A stretch of DNA of 64,000 nt. Source: an uncultured bacterium (GTDB lineage Bacteria > UBP4 > UBA4092). Where the stretch lies: the NCBI GenBank assembly GCA_964644695.1, contig CAZXWN010000013.1:1-64000 (forward strand). The letters run 5' to 3'. Made by a program: the position numbers and the translations under genes. Below, one piece after another: positions 49,391 to 58,996 of this stretch; the stretch's first letter is position 1; each line of letters starts with the position of its first letter. Below the pieces are notes generated by a model, which was not told the DNA's origin, did no database searches, and was given only the letters and a program-made list of their open reading frames with translations.

Positions 49391-49413
49391 CCCGATTCGT
49401 ATATGGTTCGTTT
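49391..49413 (+). repeat. Dispersed 22-bp motif, copy 5
   Basis: CCCGATTCGTATATGGTTCGTTT. Confidence 0.8.
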
Positions 49414-49423
49414 GTGGGGAAAG

Positions 49424-49452
49424 AAAAAGACGGGAATGGGTCCCGTCTTTTT
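49424..49452 (-). terminator. Intrinsic terminator
   Basis: AAAAAGACGGGA..TCCCGTCTTTTT. Confidence 0.82.
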
Positions 49453-49476
49453 CAGTTTAAAGTTGTAGGATTTTCG

Positions 49477-51144
49477 TTAGAACCGGCAAGCCGCACAAGT
49501 TTGGAGACCCCCGGTCAAGTTTTTGGCATTGTATCCATTTTCCCGGAGGATACGGACAGCGACATTGGACCTTTGCCCGACTCCACAATGACACCAGATT
49601 TCTTTATCTTTGGGGATTTCATCCAACCGATTCCGGAGTTGTCCCAAGGGGATATTCATGGCCTGTGGCAAATGAGCTGCGGCAAATTCCATCGGTTCCC
49701 GGACATCGACAATGACGGCTTCCGTCCCGGCCACATTTTCCCACCAGACTAAGGGAGAATCTCCCCGGAGGTCATTTGCGGCCACCATTCCGGCAATATT
49801 GACAGGGTCTTTTGCGGACCCGTACTGAGGGGCATAACACAGTTCGGCGTCTTCCATGTCATAGACAGTCCCTTGTTTTTGAATCAGGGCAGCAATCACA
49901 TCTATCCGTTTATCAACACCTTCAGACCCTACGGCCTGAGCTCCCAGAATAAGCCCGGTTTCCGGAGCATAGAGGAGTTTTAAATGGATGGGTTTAGCTC
50001 CAGGATAGTAGGCAGTGTGATGGCCAGGATGGATATAGACTTTGCGGTAGGGGATGTCCAGTCGTTTTAATGTTCTTTCACTGGCCCCCGTCGTTGCCAC
50101 CGTCATTTCAAAGATGCCACAGACAGCAGTTCCCTGAGTTCCCCGGAAGGCCCGGAGTTGACCCGGTTTACCACAACAAGTGATGGCGATATTATCGGCA
50201 GCAATCCGTCCCTGCCGATTCGCCGGTCCGGCCATCGGAATTTGGGTGGGCTGTCCCGTTACATAATCTTTGACTTCGACCGCATCTCCGATTGCCCAGA
50301 TATCAGGGTCAGAGGTCTGCATAAATTCATTGACGACAATCCCTCCCCGTGCCCCGAGTGTCAGTCCGGCGGCTTTCGCCAAATCCGATTCAGGTTTCAC
50401 CCCAATCCCCATAATGACCATATCCGTGGTGATACTATTCCCGGACTGTAAATCAACTCGCAAACGGGGTCCCTGGATTTCCTCGAAACCTTTGACCTGT
50501 TCGGAAAGTTTCAGGTCGATACCTGCCCCAGTGAGGTATTGTTCGACATAGACAGCCATTTCGGGATCCATGATCGGCATCACCTGGGGCTGCATCTCCA
50601 CGACGGTTACTTTCAGTCCTAATCGGAAGAGGTTTTCAAGCATTTCCAAGCCGATAAATCCAGCCCCGACAATGACCACACTTTCCGTTTTCCGGGATTT
50701 CATCCAATTTTTGATAGCTTCACTGTCCGGGATGTTCCGTAATGTAAAAATACCGGGTAAATCAATCCCCGGAAGTGGTGGTTTAATGGGAGAGGCTCCG
50801 GGAGATAATACGAGGGCATCATATTTTTCCTGATATTCTTTTCCAGAGGTCAAATCTTTAACGGTAATTTCTTTTTTATCTCTATCAATGGCAGTGACAT
50901 CGGTTTTTACTTTGACCTCAATATTGAACCGATTTTTGAATAATTCGGGGGTTGCCAGCAACAGCTGGCTTTCGTCTTTAATGACATTGCCGACATAATA
51001 CGGTAACCCACAGTTGGCAAAGGAGACATGCGGTCCCCGGTCATAGATGATGATGTCGGCTGATTCATTCATTCGGCGTAACCGGGCAGCACAGGAGGCC
51101 CCGCCGGCAACTCCACCGACCACTAACACTCTTTTTCTGGACAT
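49477..51144 (-). CDS. CoA-disulfide reductase family flavoprotein with C-terminal rhodanese domain
   Basis: GGVAGG, SFANCGLPY, GAGFIG, YAPQY, rhodanese HCGVGQRS. Confidence 0.92.
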   Translation of the reverse strand: MSRKRVLVVGGVAGGASCAARLRRMNESADIIIYDRGPHVSFANCGLPYYVGNVIKDESQLLLATPELFKNRFNIEVKVKTDVTAIDRDKKEITVKDLTSGKEYQEKYDALVLSPGASPIKPPLPGIDLPGIFTLRNIPDSEAIKNWMKSRKTESVVIVGAGFIGLEMLENLFRLGLKVTVVEMQPQVMPIMDPEMAVYVEQYLTGAGIDLKLSEQVKGFEEIQGPRLRVDLQSGNSITTDMVIMGIGVKPESDLAKAAGLTLGARGGIVVNEFMQTSDPDIWAIGDAVEVKDYVTGQPTQIPMAGPANRQGRIAADNIAITCCGKPGQLRAFRGTQGTAVCGIFEMTVATTGASERTLKRLDIPYRKVYIHPGHHTAYYPGAKPIHLKLLYAPETGLILGAQAVGSEGVDKRIDVIAALIQKQGTVYDMEDAELCYAPQYGSAKDPVNIAGMVAANDLRGDSPLVWWENVAGTEAVIVDVREPMEFAAAHLPQAMNIPLGQLRNRLDEIPKDKEIWCHCGVGQRSNVAVRILRENGYNAKNLTGGLQTCAACRF

Positions 51145-51269
51145 ATATAAACTCCCATCTGGATTTTAATCGTAAAGGTGATTCCTTATATTAACCAAAA
51201 TTGGGGTGGAATGATTCCCTAAATTCTATTTTCTTTCAAAGTATTGAGGCTCTGATTTATACTGATGGT

Positions 51270-51581
51270 ATGCCGGAATTTTATTGTGATTGTTGTGGTC
51301 AACAAATTACACCCAAAGACCAGCGATACCTGGTCCGTCTGGAGATGTGGGCAGCCCCGGACCCCCTCGTAGTCAGTGCGGATGACTTGAAGAGGGATTT
51401 TAAGAAGGAAATGGAAGAATTAATCCGGCAGATGGAAAAACAGGACGCCACAGAATTAACCCATCAGGTGTGGGTCCGATATGATTTTGATTTATGCCCC
51501 CGCTGCCGACAAACTTATTATGAACTTCTCCAGAGACCCCGCCCTCTCGCTCCCCAAAAAGACTTGGAAATCCTGCGTTAA
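51270..51581 (+). CDS. Small hypothetical 4-Cys (putative zinc-binding) protein
   Basis: CDCC..DLCPRC. Confidence 0.7.
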   Translation: MPEFYCDCCGQQITPKDQRYLVRLEMWAAPDPLVVSADDLKRDFKKEMEELIRQMEKQDATELTHQVWVRYDFDLCPRCRQTYYELLQRPRPLAPQKDLEILR

Positions 51582-51666
51582 AAATATATAAATAAAATCC
51601 CTTTAATCTCTTTTCAAAATTCCGTTATAGTAATGGAACATCTTGATTTTTTCTGGAGAAAAGAAA

Positions 51667-53676
51667 ATGAATCACAAAAGGTTATCGGTATCGTTCGTAT
51701 TAGTATTATCCACAGTTTTAACCCTGAGTTGTTATGCTGCGGACAACAATGCTGGAAAGTCAATCGTCCCGAAAGAAGGCACTGTCATAACGGGACCCCG
51801 GACCGTCGAATTGAACAATCTATTCACGGACCGGATGGTCTTTCAACGGGAAACAACCATCCCCCTGTGGGGAACGGCCAAACCCGGTGAGAAGATTTCG
51901 GCGACTATGTCGAAAGAATGGGTCAGCACCCAGGCAGATAATGCAGGAAAATGGCGGATTGTCCTGCCAGAAAAACCGGTGGGTGGTCCTTATGAGGTCA
52001 TTGTTAAGGGTGAACAGGGTGAACCTATCGTCCTTAAAGATATCTTAGTAGGTGATGTTTTCCTTTGTTCCGGCCAGTCTAATATGAATATGACCTTGAA
52101 AGCGTGTCTGGATGCGGAAAAGGAAATCGCCAGAGCATACAATCCGCAAGTTCGTCTCCTGCGGGCATATATTCAGATGAATCATGGTCCTTATGACCGG
52201 TTAGACCTTCAACCGTCAGGGTCATGGCAATATTGCGGTGATTCCAGTACTCCAAACTTTTCGGGAGTAGGTTATTATTTCGGCAAAGAGTTAAATAAAG
52301 CCAAGAAAGTCCCCGTTGGACTTGTTCAGGCCTCTGTCGGTGGAACTCCGATTGAGACATGGATTTCCTATGAATCATTACTCAAATTTGCACCGCTCCG
52401 GACAAAATTAGAAAAGATGGGGAATAAAGCCATCGATATGCCGGCCTCGATAGCAAAATTCAATCAAGACAAGATCAAATGGTTTGCAAGTTTCAGCCGG
52501 TATGAAGCCAATCAACTGGGGTATCAGTTACCAACATATAATGATTCAACCTGGAGAACGGATATTCTCCCCAGTAAATGCCCTGAACTAGATAACATGG
52601 ATGGGTCATGGTGGTATAGGAAAGTGGTTGATATCCCTGCCGCATGGTCTGGGAAAAACCTGGTATTGGATTTGGGTACGATTGATGAAATTGATGATGT
52701 CTGGTTCAATGGCGCATATGTTAATGGGCGTTCCGTTGCCAGTACTGTTCGGTCATATACAATATCCAGTACTCTCGTAAAACCTGGGAAGAATCTAATT
52801 GCCCTGCGCGTCATTGACCTCAATTACAGCGGCGGATTCACAGGAGCCCCAGCAGACCTGAAACTGTCTTGTGGAACAGTAGGCCGTATTTCTCTGGCAG
52901 GAGACTGGAAGAGTCATGCCGGTACCAACCTAAAAAACTTTACTCCTTATCCAGAGAATCCCTTTTCCTACAATCGAGAATCGGGTTTTTATAATGGAAT
53001 GATCAATCCGTTAGTTGGTTTGCCCATTCGTGGCGTCCTCTGGTATCAAGGTGAATCCAATGCCCAGAGAGCTTCACAATATGAAGAACTGTTACGGTTA
53101 TGGATAGCAGACTGGCGCGCCAAGTTTGGTCCAGTTCCCTTCTTTATCGTCCAGCTACCGAATTTTGATACCCCGGCAAATGTGTCCACCCATGAACAGT
53201 GGGTCCAAATCATGGAAGCACAGGCCAAAGTTGTCGCTTCGACAGACTCCACAGCCCTTATAGTTACTAATGATGTGGGAATGCTGGATGATATTCATCC
53301 GACCCATAAGGAACCGGTGGGTAAGAGACTTGCGCTGGCAGCTCAGAAGCTGATTTATGGTGATAATGTGGCAGGATATAGCCCGTCATTCAAATCCATG
53401 ACCAAAGAAGGTTCGAAATTGAAGGTTTCCTTTAATAATATTGGTTCCGGATTGAAGGTTACAGGTAAGGGACCTATTAAAGGATTTGAAGTTTGTGGTG
53501 CGGATGGTAAGTTTGTTCCAGCCACAGCTGTTTTAGATAAAGATATGGTCGTTGTTTCCAATGCAAAGATAAAAGATCCTCAGCAGGTCCGATATAATTG
53601 GACCGATAAACCGACGGTGAATTTATTCAGCAAAGAAGGCTTACCTATCGGGCCTTTCCGTACCGATAATTTCTAA
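51667..53676 (+). CDS. Secreted sialate O-acetylesterase family protein (copy 1)
   Basis: SGQSNM, GGTPIETW, WYQGESN, VQLP, DIHP; inserted beta-sandwich. Confidence 0.9.
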   Translation: MNHKRLSVSFVLVLSTVLTLSCYAADNNAGKSIVPKEGTVITGPRTVELNNLFTDRMVFQRETTIPLWGTAKPGEKISATMSKEWVSTQADNAGKWRIVLPEKPVGGPYEVIVKGEQGEPIVLKDILVGDVFLCSGQSNMNMTLKACLDAEKEIARAYNPQVRLLRAYIQMNHGPYDRLDLQPSGSWQYCGDSSTPNFSGVGYYFGKELNKAKKVPVGLVQASVGGTPIETWISYESLLKFAPLRTKLEKMGNKAIDMPASIAKFNQDKIKWFASFSRYEANQLGYQLPTYNDSTWRTDILPSKCPELDNMDGSWWYRKVVDIPAAWSGKNLVLDLGTIDEIDDVWFNGAYVNGRSVASTVRSYTISSTLVKPGKNLIALRVIDLNYSGGFTGAPADLKLSCGTVGRISLAGDWKSHAGTNLKNFTPYPENPFSYNRESGFYNGMINPLVGLPIRGVLWYQGESNAQRASQYEELLRLWIADWRAKFGPVPFFIVQLPNFDTPANVSTHEQWVQIMEAQAKVVASTDSTALIVTNDVGMLDDIHPTHKEPVGKRLALAAQKLIYGDNVAGYSPSFKSMTKEGSKLKVSFNNIGSGLKVTGKGPIKGFEVCGADGKFVPATAVLDKDMVVVSNAKIKDPQQVRYNWTDKPTVNLFSKEGLPIGPFRTDNF

Positions 53677-53683
53677 TTCAATG

Positions 53684-53720
53684 AGGGCTGGATAAAACCT
53701 TAATTTATCCAGCCCTTTTT
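53684..53720 (+). terminator. Intrinsic terminator
   Basis: AGGGCTGGATAAA..TTTATCCAGCCCTTTTT. Confidence 0.85.
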
Positions 53721-53795
53721 AACTTTTCATTTCATCCTCTCCTGTATTTCCGTTATAGTAATGGGACATCTTGATAAATCTCAGGAGAGAGAAAA

Positions 53796-55838
53796 ATGAA
53801 TCATTTAAAAGTTTCGTTATGTATTGTCTGCGTGCTGTCCATTATTCTGATGACAGGCTGTTCCGCCATGGACAGATTAACAGACAATCCCACCCTGAAA
53901 AAGGAAATCATCAAACTGGTTTCCAACCGGGTCTTGAATCCGAAAGGAACCCCCGGTCCCCGAACGGTCCAACCCGCCAATATCTTCACTGACCGAATGG
54001 TTCTTCAGAGAGATGCTGCAATTCCATTATGGGGGACAGCTCAACCCGGCGAATGGGTTTCCGCCGCCATTGGAAATGATTATGCCGTCACACAAGCTGA
54101 CAGCACGGGACATTGGAAACTCTTTCTCTCAAAACATAACGCCGGCGGACCTTATAAACTGGTTATCCGGGGAGACCAGGGTGAACCCCTGATATTAACG
54201 GACATTCTTATTGGAGATGTTTTTCTGTGTTCAGGTCAATCCAATATGAATATGGCCCTTCAGATGTGTAAAGGTGCCCCGGAAGAAATCAAGAAATCCA
54301 ATTATCCTCAAATTCGGCTTCTGCGCGCATGGACCCAGATGAATTATGGACCCTATGACCGGTTGGATTTGAGACCTGCAGGGTCATGGCAGTATTGCAA
54401 TTCATCCACTACACCGACCTTTTCGGGGGTCGCCTATTATTTTGGTCGAGACCTTCATAAAGCCAAGAATATTCCCATCGGAATTATACAGTCTTCAGTT
54501 GGTGGAACTCCCATTGAGACATGGATTTCCCGGGAATCTCTGCTCAAATATGAGCCTCTCCGGGAAAAAGTAAAAGCGATGTCGCATACTCCTATTGATA
54601 TCAGAGCTGCGATAGACCAGTACCATCTGGACACTGTTAAGTGGATGGCGGCTGTGAATCAATATGAATCCACAACACTCCGGTATCATGAGCCCGGTTA
54701 TGATGATTCAGGCTGGAGAGCAGACATTCTTCCCGGTGTGTGCCCTGACCTGAACAGTACCGATGGAAGTTGGTGGTATCGGAAAATTATCAATATTCCA
54801 TCTTCGTGGGTTGGCCAGAATCTTAAACTGGATTTAGGTCCGATTGATGATATGGATGATACCTGGTTTAATGGTGTTTTTGTGGGAGGTCGAAATGGAG
54901 CTTCCTATTTCAGGTCCTATGTTATTTCCAGTACTTTGGTGAAACCCGGGAAAAATGTTATTGCTGTCCGGGTTATTGACATCAATTTCCGCGGCGGATT
55001 ATACGGAACACCGGAAAATCTTAAACTATCCTGTGGGACCACAGAATCCATTACCCTTGCGGGTGCATGGAAAAGCCATTCCGGTACGAATTTGAGTCAA
55101 TTACCTAAACTGCCGACAAATCCCTTTACATATTACCGGGAATCAGGGTTTTACAATGGGATGATCCATCCACTGGTTGGGTTGCCCATTCGTGGAGTCC
55201 TCTGGTATCAAGGGGAAGCCAATGCCCGGCGGTCCGCACAATATGAGGAATTGTTACGGTTGTGGATAGCAGATTGGCGGGGCAAGTTCGGCCCAGTCCC
55301 CTTCTTCATAGTCCAGTTACCGAATTATGATACCCCGACGAATGTGTCCACCCATGAGGGTTGGGTACAAATCATGGAAGCGCAGGCCAAAGTTGTTTCA
55401 TCGACGGATTCTACCGCCCTGGTGGTTATTAATGATGTGGGAACACTGAATAATATCCACCCTACTAATAAGGAACCGGTGGGTAAGAGGCTTGCTTTGG
55501 CAGCGCAGAAGCTGATTTATGGGGATAAAGTGGTAGGGTATAGCCCGTCATTCAACTCCATGACCAAAGAGGGTGCGAAACTCCGGATTTCCTTCAAGGA
55601 TTTGGGCTCCGGATTAAAAGTAACTGATAATGGACCTATCAAAGGGTTTGAAGTCTGCGGTGCGGATGGAAAATATGTTCCGGCCACGGCTGTTTTGGAT
55701 AAGAATACGGTGGTTGTTTCTAACCCGGCAATCCCAGACCCCCAGCAGGTCCGGTTCAACTGGACAGACACTCCGACCGTGAATTTGTACAATCGGGAAG
55801 GGTTCCCTGTTGCCCCATTCCGTACCGATAATTTTTAA
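53796..55838 (+). CDS. Sialate O-acetylesterase family protein (copy 2, probable lipoprotein)
   Basis: Same motifs as copy 1; signal ends MTGC. Confidence 0.9.
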   Translation: MNHLKVSLCIVCVLSIILMTGCSAMDRLTDNPTLKKEIIKLVSNRVLNPKGTPGPRTVQPANIFTDRMVLQRDAAIPLWGTAQPGEWVSAAIGNDYAVTQADSTGHWKLFLSKHNAGGPYKLVIRGDQGEPLILTDILIGDVFLCSGQSNMNMALQMCKGAPEEIKKSNYPQIRLLRAWTQMNYGPYDRLDLRPAGSWQYCNSSTTPTFSGVAYYFGRDLHKAKNIPIGIIQSSVGGTPIETWISRESLLKYEPLREKVKAMSHTPIDIRAAIDQYHLDTVKWMAAVNQYESTTLRYHEPGYDDSGWRADILPGVCPDLNSTDGSWWYRKIINIPSSWVGQNLKLDLGPIDDMDDTWFNGVFVGGRNGASYFRSYVISSTLVKPGKNVIAVRVIDINFRGGLYGTPENLKLSCGTTESITLAGAWKSHSGTNLSQLPKLPTNPFTYYRESGFYNGMIHPLVGLPIRGVLWYQGEANARRSAQYEELLRLWIADWRGKFGPVPFFIVQLPNYDTPTNVSTHEGWVQIMEAQAKVVSSTDSTALVVINDVGTLNNIHPTNKEPVGKRLALAAQKLIYGDKVVGYSPSFNSMTKEGAKLRISFKDLGSGLKVTDNGPIKGFEVCGADGKYVPATAVLDKNTVVVSNPAIPDPQQVRFNWTDTPTVNLYNREGFPVAPFRTDNF

Positions 55839-55903
55839 ATGCGTGGGGTTGGGTAAAATCTTGTTTTTATCCAACCCCATATTCATGTTATTTTATAGAT
55901 ATT

Positions 55904-56716
55904 ATGATAAAACTCATTGTCTCCGGGGCACTCGGAAAAATGGGGCAGCGGATTATTGCCAACGCCGTTGCTTCCGGGAAATTTCAACTTGTTGGCGCCA
56001 TCGAATATGCAGCCCATCCTTTAATGGGAAAAGATGCAGGTGAAGCCTGTGGATTGGGTAAATCTCTAGGGGTAAATATCAGTAACGATTTAGAATCTGT
56101 TTTACCCTCGGCAGATGTACTGATTGAATTTACCAATCCTGAAACCACACTTGAACATTTGGGGATAGCAGCTCAATTTGGAAAGCCGGTTGTCATTGGG
56201 ACAACAGGTCTGACTGAACAAGATAAAATCCAGGTAAAGCAAGCCTCCGCGCAAATTCCGGTGATGCTTTCCCCTAATATGAGTCTGGGAGTCAATCTCC
56301 TGTTCAAGCTGGCGGCGGAAGCGGCCAAGTTGTTAGGCGAAGAATATGATATTGAGATTGTGGAAACCCACCATCGGATGAAGAAGGATGCTCCTTCGGG
56401 TACCGCCATGAAATTGGCCGAAACCGTGGCGGAAGCCGTTAATCGTGACCTTAAGGAAGTAGGATGTTATGGCCGACAGGGTATCACGGGTGAACGAGAT
56501 CGGAAGACCATTGGGGTCATGACCCTTCGGGGTGGTGACATAGTAGGTGATCATACGGTCATGTTCCTGGGTACGGGCGAAAAGCTGGAAATTTCGCATC
56601 GCGCCACAAGCCGCGACACCTTTGTCCCTGGTTCATTACGAGCCGCAGAATGGCTGGTTCGGAAACCCGCAGGCCTTTATGATATGCAGGACGTTCTGGG
56701 TCTCAAGGACAAATAA
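55904..56716 (+). CDS. dapB: 4-hydroxy-tetrahydrodipicolinate reductase
   Basis: GALGKMG, IGTTG, ETHHRMKKDAPSGTA, RGGDIVGDH. Confidence 0.96.
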   Translation: MIKLIVSGALGKMGQRIIANAVASGKFQLVGAIEYAAHPLMGKDAGEACGLGKSLGVNISNDLESVLPSADVLIEFTNPETTLEHLGIAAQFGKPVVIGTTGLTEQDKIQVKQASAQIPVMLSPNMSLGVNLLFKLAAEAAKLLGEEYDIEIVETHHRMKKDAPSGTAMKLAETVAEAVNRDLKEVGCYGRQGITGERDRKTIGVMTLRGGDIVGDHTVMFLGTGEKLEISHRATSRDTFVPGSLRAAEWLVRKPAGLYDMQDVLGLKDK

Positions 56717-56731
56717 TATTTCTGTCTGATT

Positions 56732-57109
56732 ATGGAAATATTGAAAATACTGACTCGGGTTTATACCAGAGACATCAAGGTTACCCTTGAGTTTTATGAA
56801 AAGCTGACGGGTAAAACGACAGAACTTCGATTCAAGTATGACCAGATGGGATTGGAATTAGCTCAGGTGGGTGATTTTCTGATTCTGGCGGGAACTGAAT
56901 CGGCACTGGCACCCTTTCGGGAAACGGTCCTGACGGTATTAGTCCGTAACTTGGATGAAGTCCGGTCTCTTTTGACAGGATTAAACAGTCAGATTATCCG
57001 AGACATCCGGGAAGTTCCCACGGGACGAAATATGACTCTTCGGCATCCCGATGGGCTGATAGTAGAGTATGTAGAGCACAATCGGCCATATCCACTGGCC
57101 GGCACATAA
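56732..57109 (+). CDS. VOC/glyoxalase family protein
   Basis: VPTGRN..HPDGLIVEYVE. Confidence 0.82.
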   Translation: MEILKILTRVYTRDIKVTLEFYEKLTGKTTELRFKYDQMGLELAQVGDFLILAGTESALAPFRETVLTVLVRNLDEVRSLLTGLNSQIIRDIREVPTGRNMTLRHPDGLIVEYVEHNRPYPLAGT

Positions 57110-57137
57110 ATTGAATCATGACAGGAAATGGTGAGTA

Positions 57138-58433
57138 ATGGCTGACAAAATTTTAATTAAGAACGGGACACTGGTGGACCCGGTAAAGCTCGAATCCCAG
57201 GTAACAGACTTGTTGATAGAGAATGGACGAGTTGCCAAAATCGGAATGAACCTGGAATCTGCCGGTGCAGAAATTATTGATGCCAAGGGTTGGCTGGTTT
57301 CTCCCGGATTGATTGATATGCACGTTCATCTTCGTGAACCGGGTCGTGAGGATGAGGAGACCATTGCAAACGGTACCCGGACAGCAGCTCTTGGTGGAGT
57401 CACTACCGTGGCCTGTATGCCGAATACTCAACCTCCTATTGATAACAGGGCGGGAGTCTCTCTTATTCTGGCCAAAGCCCAGCAGGAAGGTGCTGTTAAT
57501 GTTTTTCCCATTGCCGCGATTACCAAGAATATGGCAGGGGAAGAACTCACAGAATTTGGTGATTTGAAGGCCGCCGGAGCGGTAGCCGTCTCTGATGATG
57601 GTGTGGTAGTCATGAATTCGGAAGTTATGCGGCGGGCGTTGGAATACTCTATCGCCTTTGATTTGCCGGTGATTCAACATGCCGAAGATAAAATCCTGGC
57701 CGGTGACGGTGTCATGAATGAAGGATACTGGTCCACACTTCTTGGATTACGTGGCATTCCTTCTGTGGCGGAGACATCCATTGTGGCTCGTGACATTATG
57801 CTGGCGGAAATGACCGAAGCCCGATATCATGTGGCACATCTCAGTTGTCAGCATTCTGTTGAACTGGTACGCAATGCCAAACATAAAAAAATTAAAGTAA
57901 CCTGTGAAGCAACCCCCCATCATTTCACTCTGACAGACGAAGCAGTCCAGTCCTTTGATTCCAATACTAAAATGAATCCTCCTCTCCGTTCTGAACAGGA
58001 CCGGAAGGCTGTCATTGGGGGATTACAAGATGGAACGATTGATGTTATTGCCTCTGACCATGCCCCCCATTCCCCGGAAGAAAAGGAACAGGAATATGAT
58101 CGGGCACCTTTTGGAATTATAGGATTACAAACCCTGTTGCCCCTGACCTTTACAGAGCTGGTACATAAGAAGGTTCTCTCTCCTGAACAGGCTCTTGCTA
58201 AACTCACTATCAATCCAGCCAGGATTTTGGGAATTGACCGGGGCTATCTCGCAGAAGGTGCAGTTGCTGACATCACTATTATTGACCCGGATAAAACCTT
58301 CATGGTGACTAAAGACTGGCTTCATGGCTTCTGTAAGAACACCCCCTTTATTGGGATGCAGCTCCATGGGCAGGCTGTCTATACGATTGTTGCCGGGAAA
58401 ATCGTAATGCGGGAAGGTGAGCTGCTCGTTTAA
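57138..58433 (+). CDS. pyrC: Dihydroorotase
   Basis: DMHVHLREPG, MPNT, KMNPPLR, ASDHAPH. Confidence 0.95.
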   Translation: MADKILIKNGTLVDPVKLESQVTDLLIENGRVAKIGMNLESAGAEIIDAKGWLVSPGLIDMHVHLREPGREDEETIANGTRTAALGGVTTVACMPNTQPPIDNRAGVSLILAKAQQEGAVNVFPIAAITKNMAGEELTEFGDLKAAGAVAVSDDGVVVMNSEVMRRALEYSIAFDLPVIQHAEDKILAGDGVMNEGYWSTLLGLRGIPSVAETSIVARDIMLAEMTEARYHVAHLSCQHSVELVRNAKHKKIKVTCEATPHHFTLTDEAVQSFDSNTKMNPPLRSEQDRKAVIGGLQDGTIDVIASDHAPHSPEEKEQEYDRAPFGIIGLQTLLPLTFTELVHKKVLSPEQALAKLTINPARILGIDRGYLAEGAVADITIIDPDKTFMVTKDWLHGFCKNTPFIGMQLHGQAVYTIVAGKIVMREGELLV

Positions 58434-58456
58434 TCCCTTTTTGACTTGATTAGCCA

Positions 58457-58494
58457 ATAAAACCCACCCCGATTATATTCAGGGTGGGTTTTAT
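58457..58494 (+). terminator. Intrinsic terminator
   Basis: ATAAAACCCACCC..GGGTGGGTTTTAT. Confidence 0.8.
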
Positions 58495-58598
58495 TATGTC
58501 CTACAAATTATCGCCATCGGCTTTTAACTCGTAAAAAATAGTGTTGATATTTTCCAATTAGTGATATTATTCAACAAAACACTAGCCGGTGGTTTTAT

Positions 58599-58892
58599 AT
58601 GCAGAAAAAACGAATGGGATTACTGTGTGTACTGATATTTTTCCTGATGGGTACAGCCTTTTATACAATTCATGCGCACCCATTAGGGAAACCCTTGCAA
58701 ACACTCACTAAAAACGGGGCATTCAGGGAATTGAATATTCCCTATCCTCAGGCATATCAATGCTTGGTTCCCACTATTTGCCCGGGACTCTATTCCGTGA
58801 GTGACGGAAGTGATTTTCCTGAATGCAGGTTCAGAGAAGAAACTCTCCCGCGGGAAACAAATATGGAGCTGGCCGCAGAGGAAAGGTCTTAA
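58599..58892 (+). CDS. Hypothetical protein with signal-like N-terminus
   Basis: Isolated ORF with basic + hydrophobic N-terminus; no recognisable family. Confidence 0.4.
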   Translation: MQKKRMGLLCVLIFFLMGTAFYTIHAHPLGKPLQTLTKNGAFRELNIPYPQAYQCLVPTICPGLYSVSDGSDFPECRFREETLPRETNMELAAEERS

Positions 58893-58945
58893 TTATTGAG
58901 TCTTGCCTGTCTCAACATATTCACACATAAATACCCTCTGAAAAC

Positions 58946-58978
58946 AAAAAAGGACGAGGTCGGATAACCTCGTCCTTT
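58946..58978 (-). terminator. Intrinsic terminator
   Basis: AAAGGACGAGGT..ACCTCGTCCTTT. Confidence 0.85.
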
Positions 58979-58996
58979 ATGAAGATTTCGCTATTG

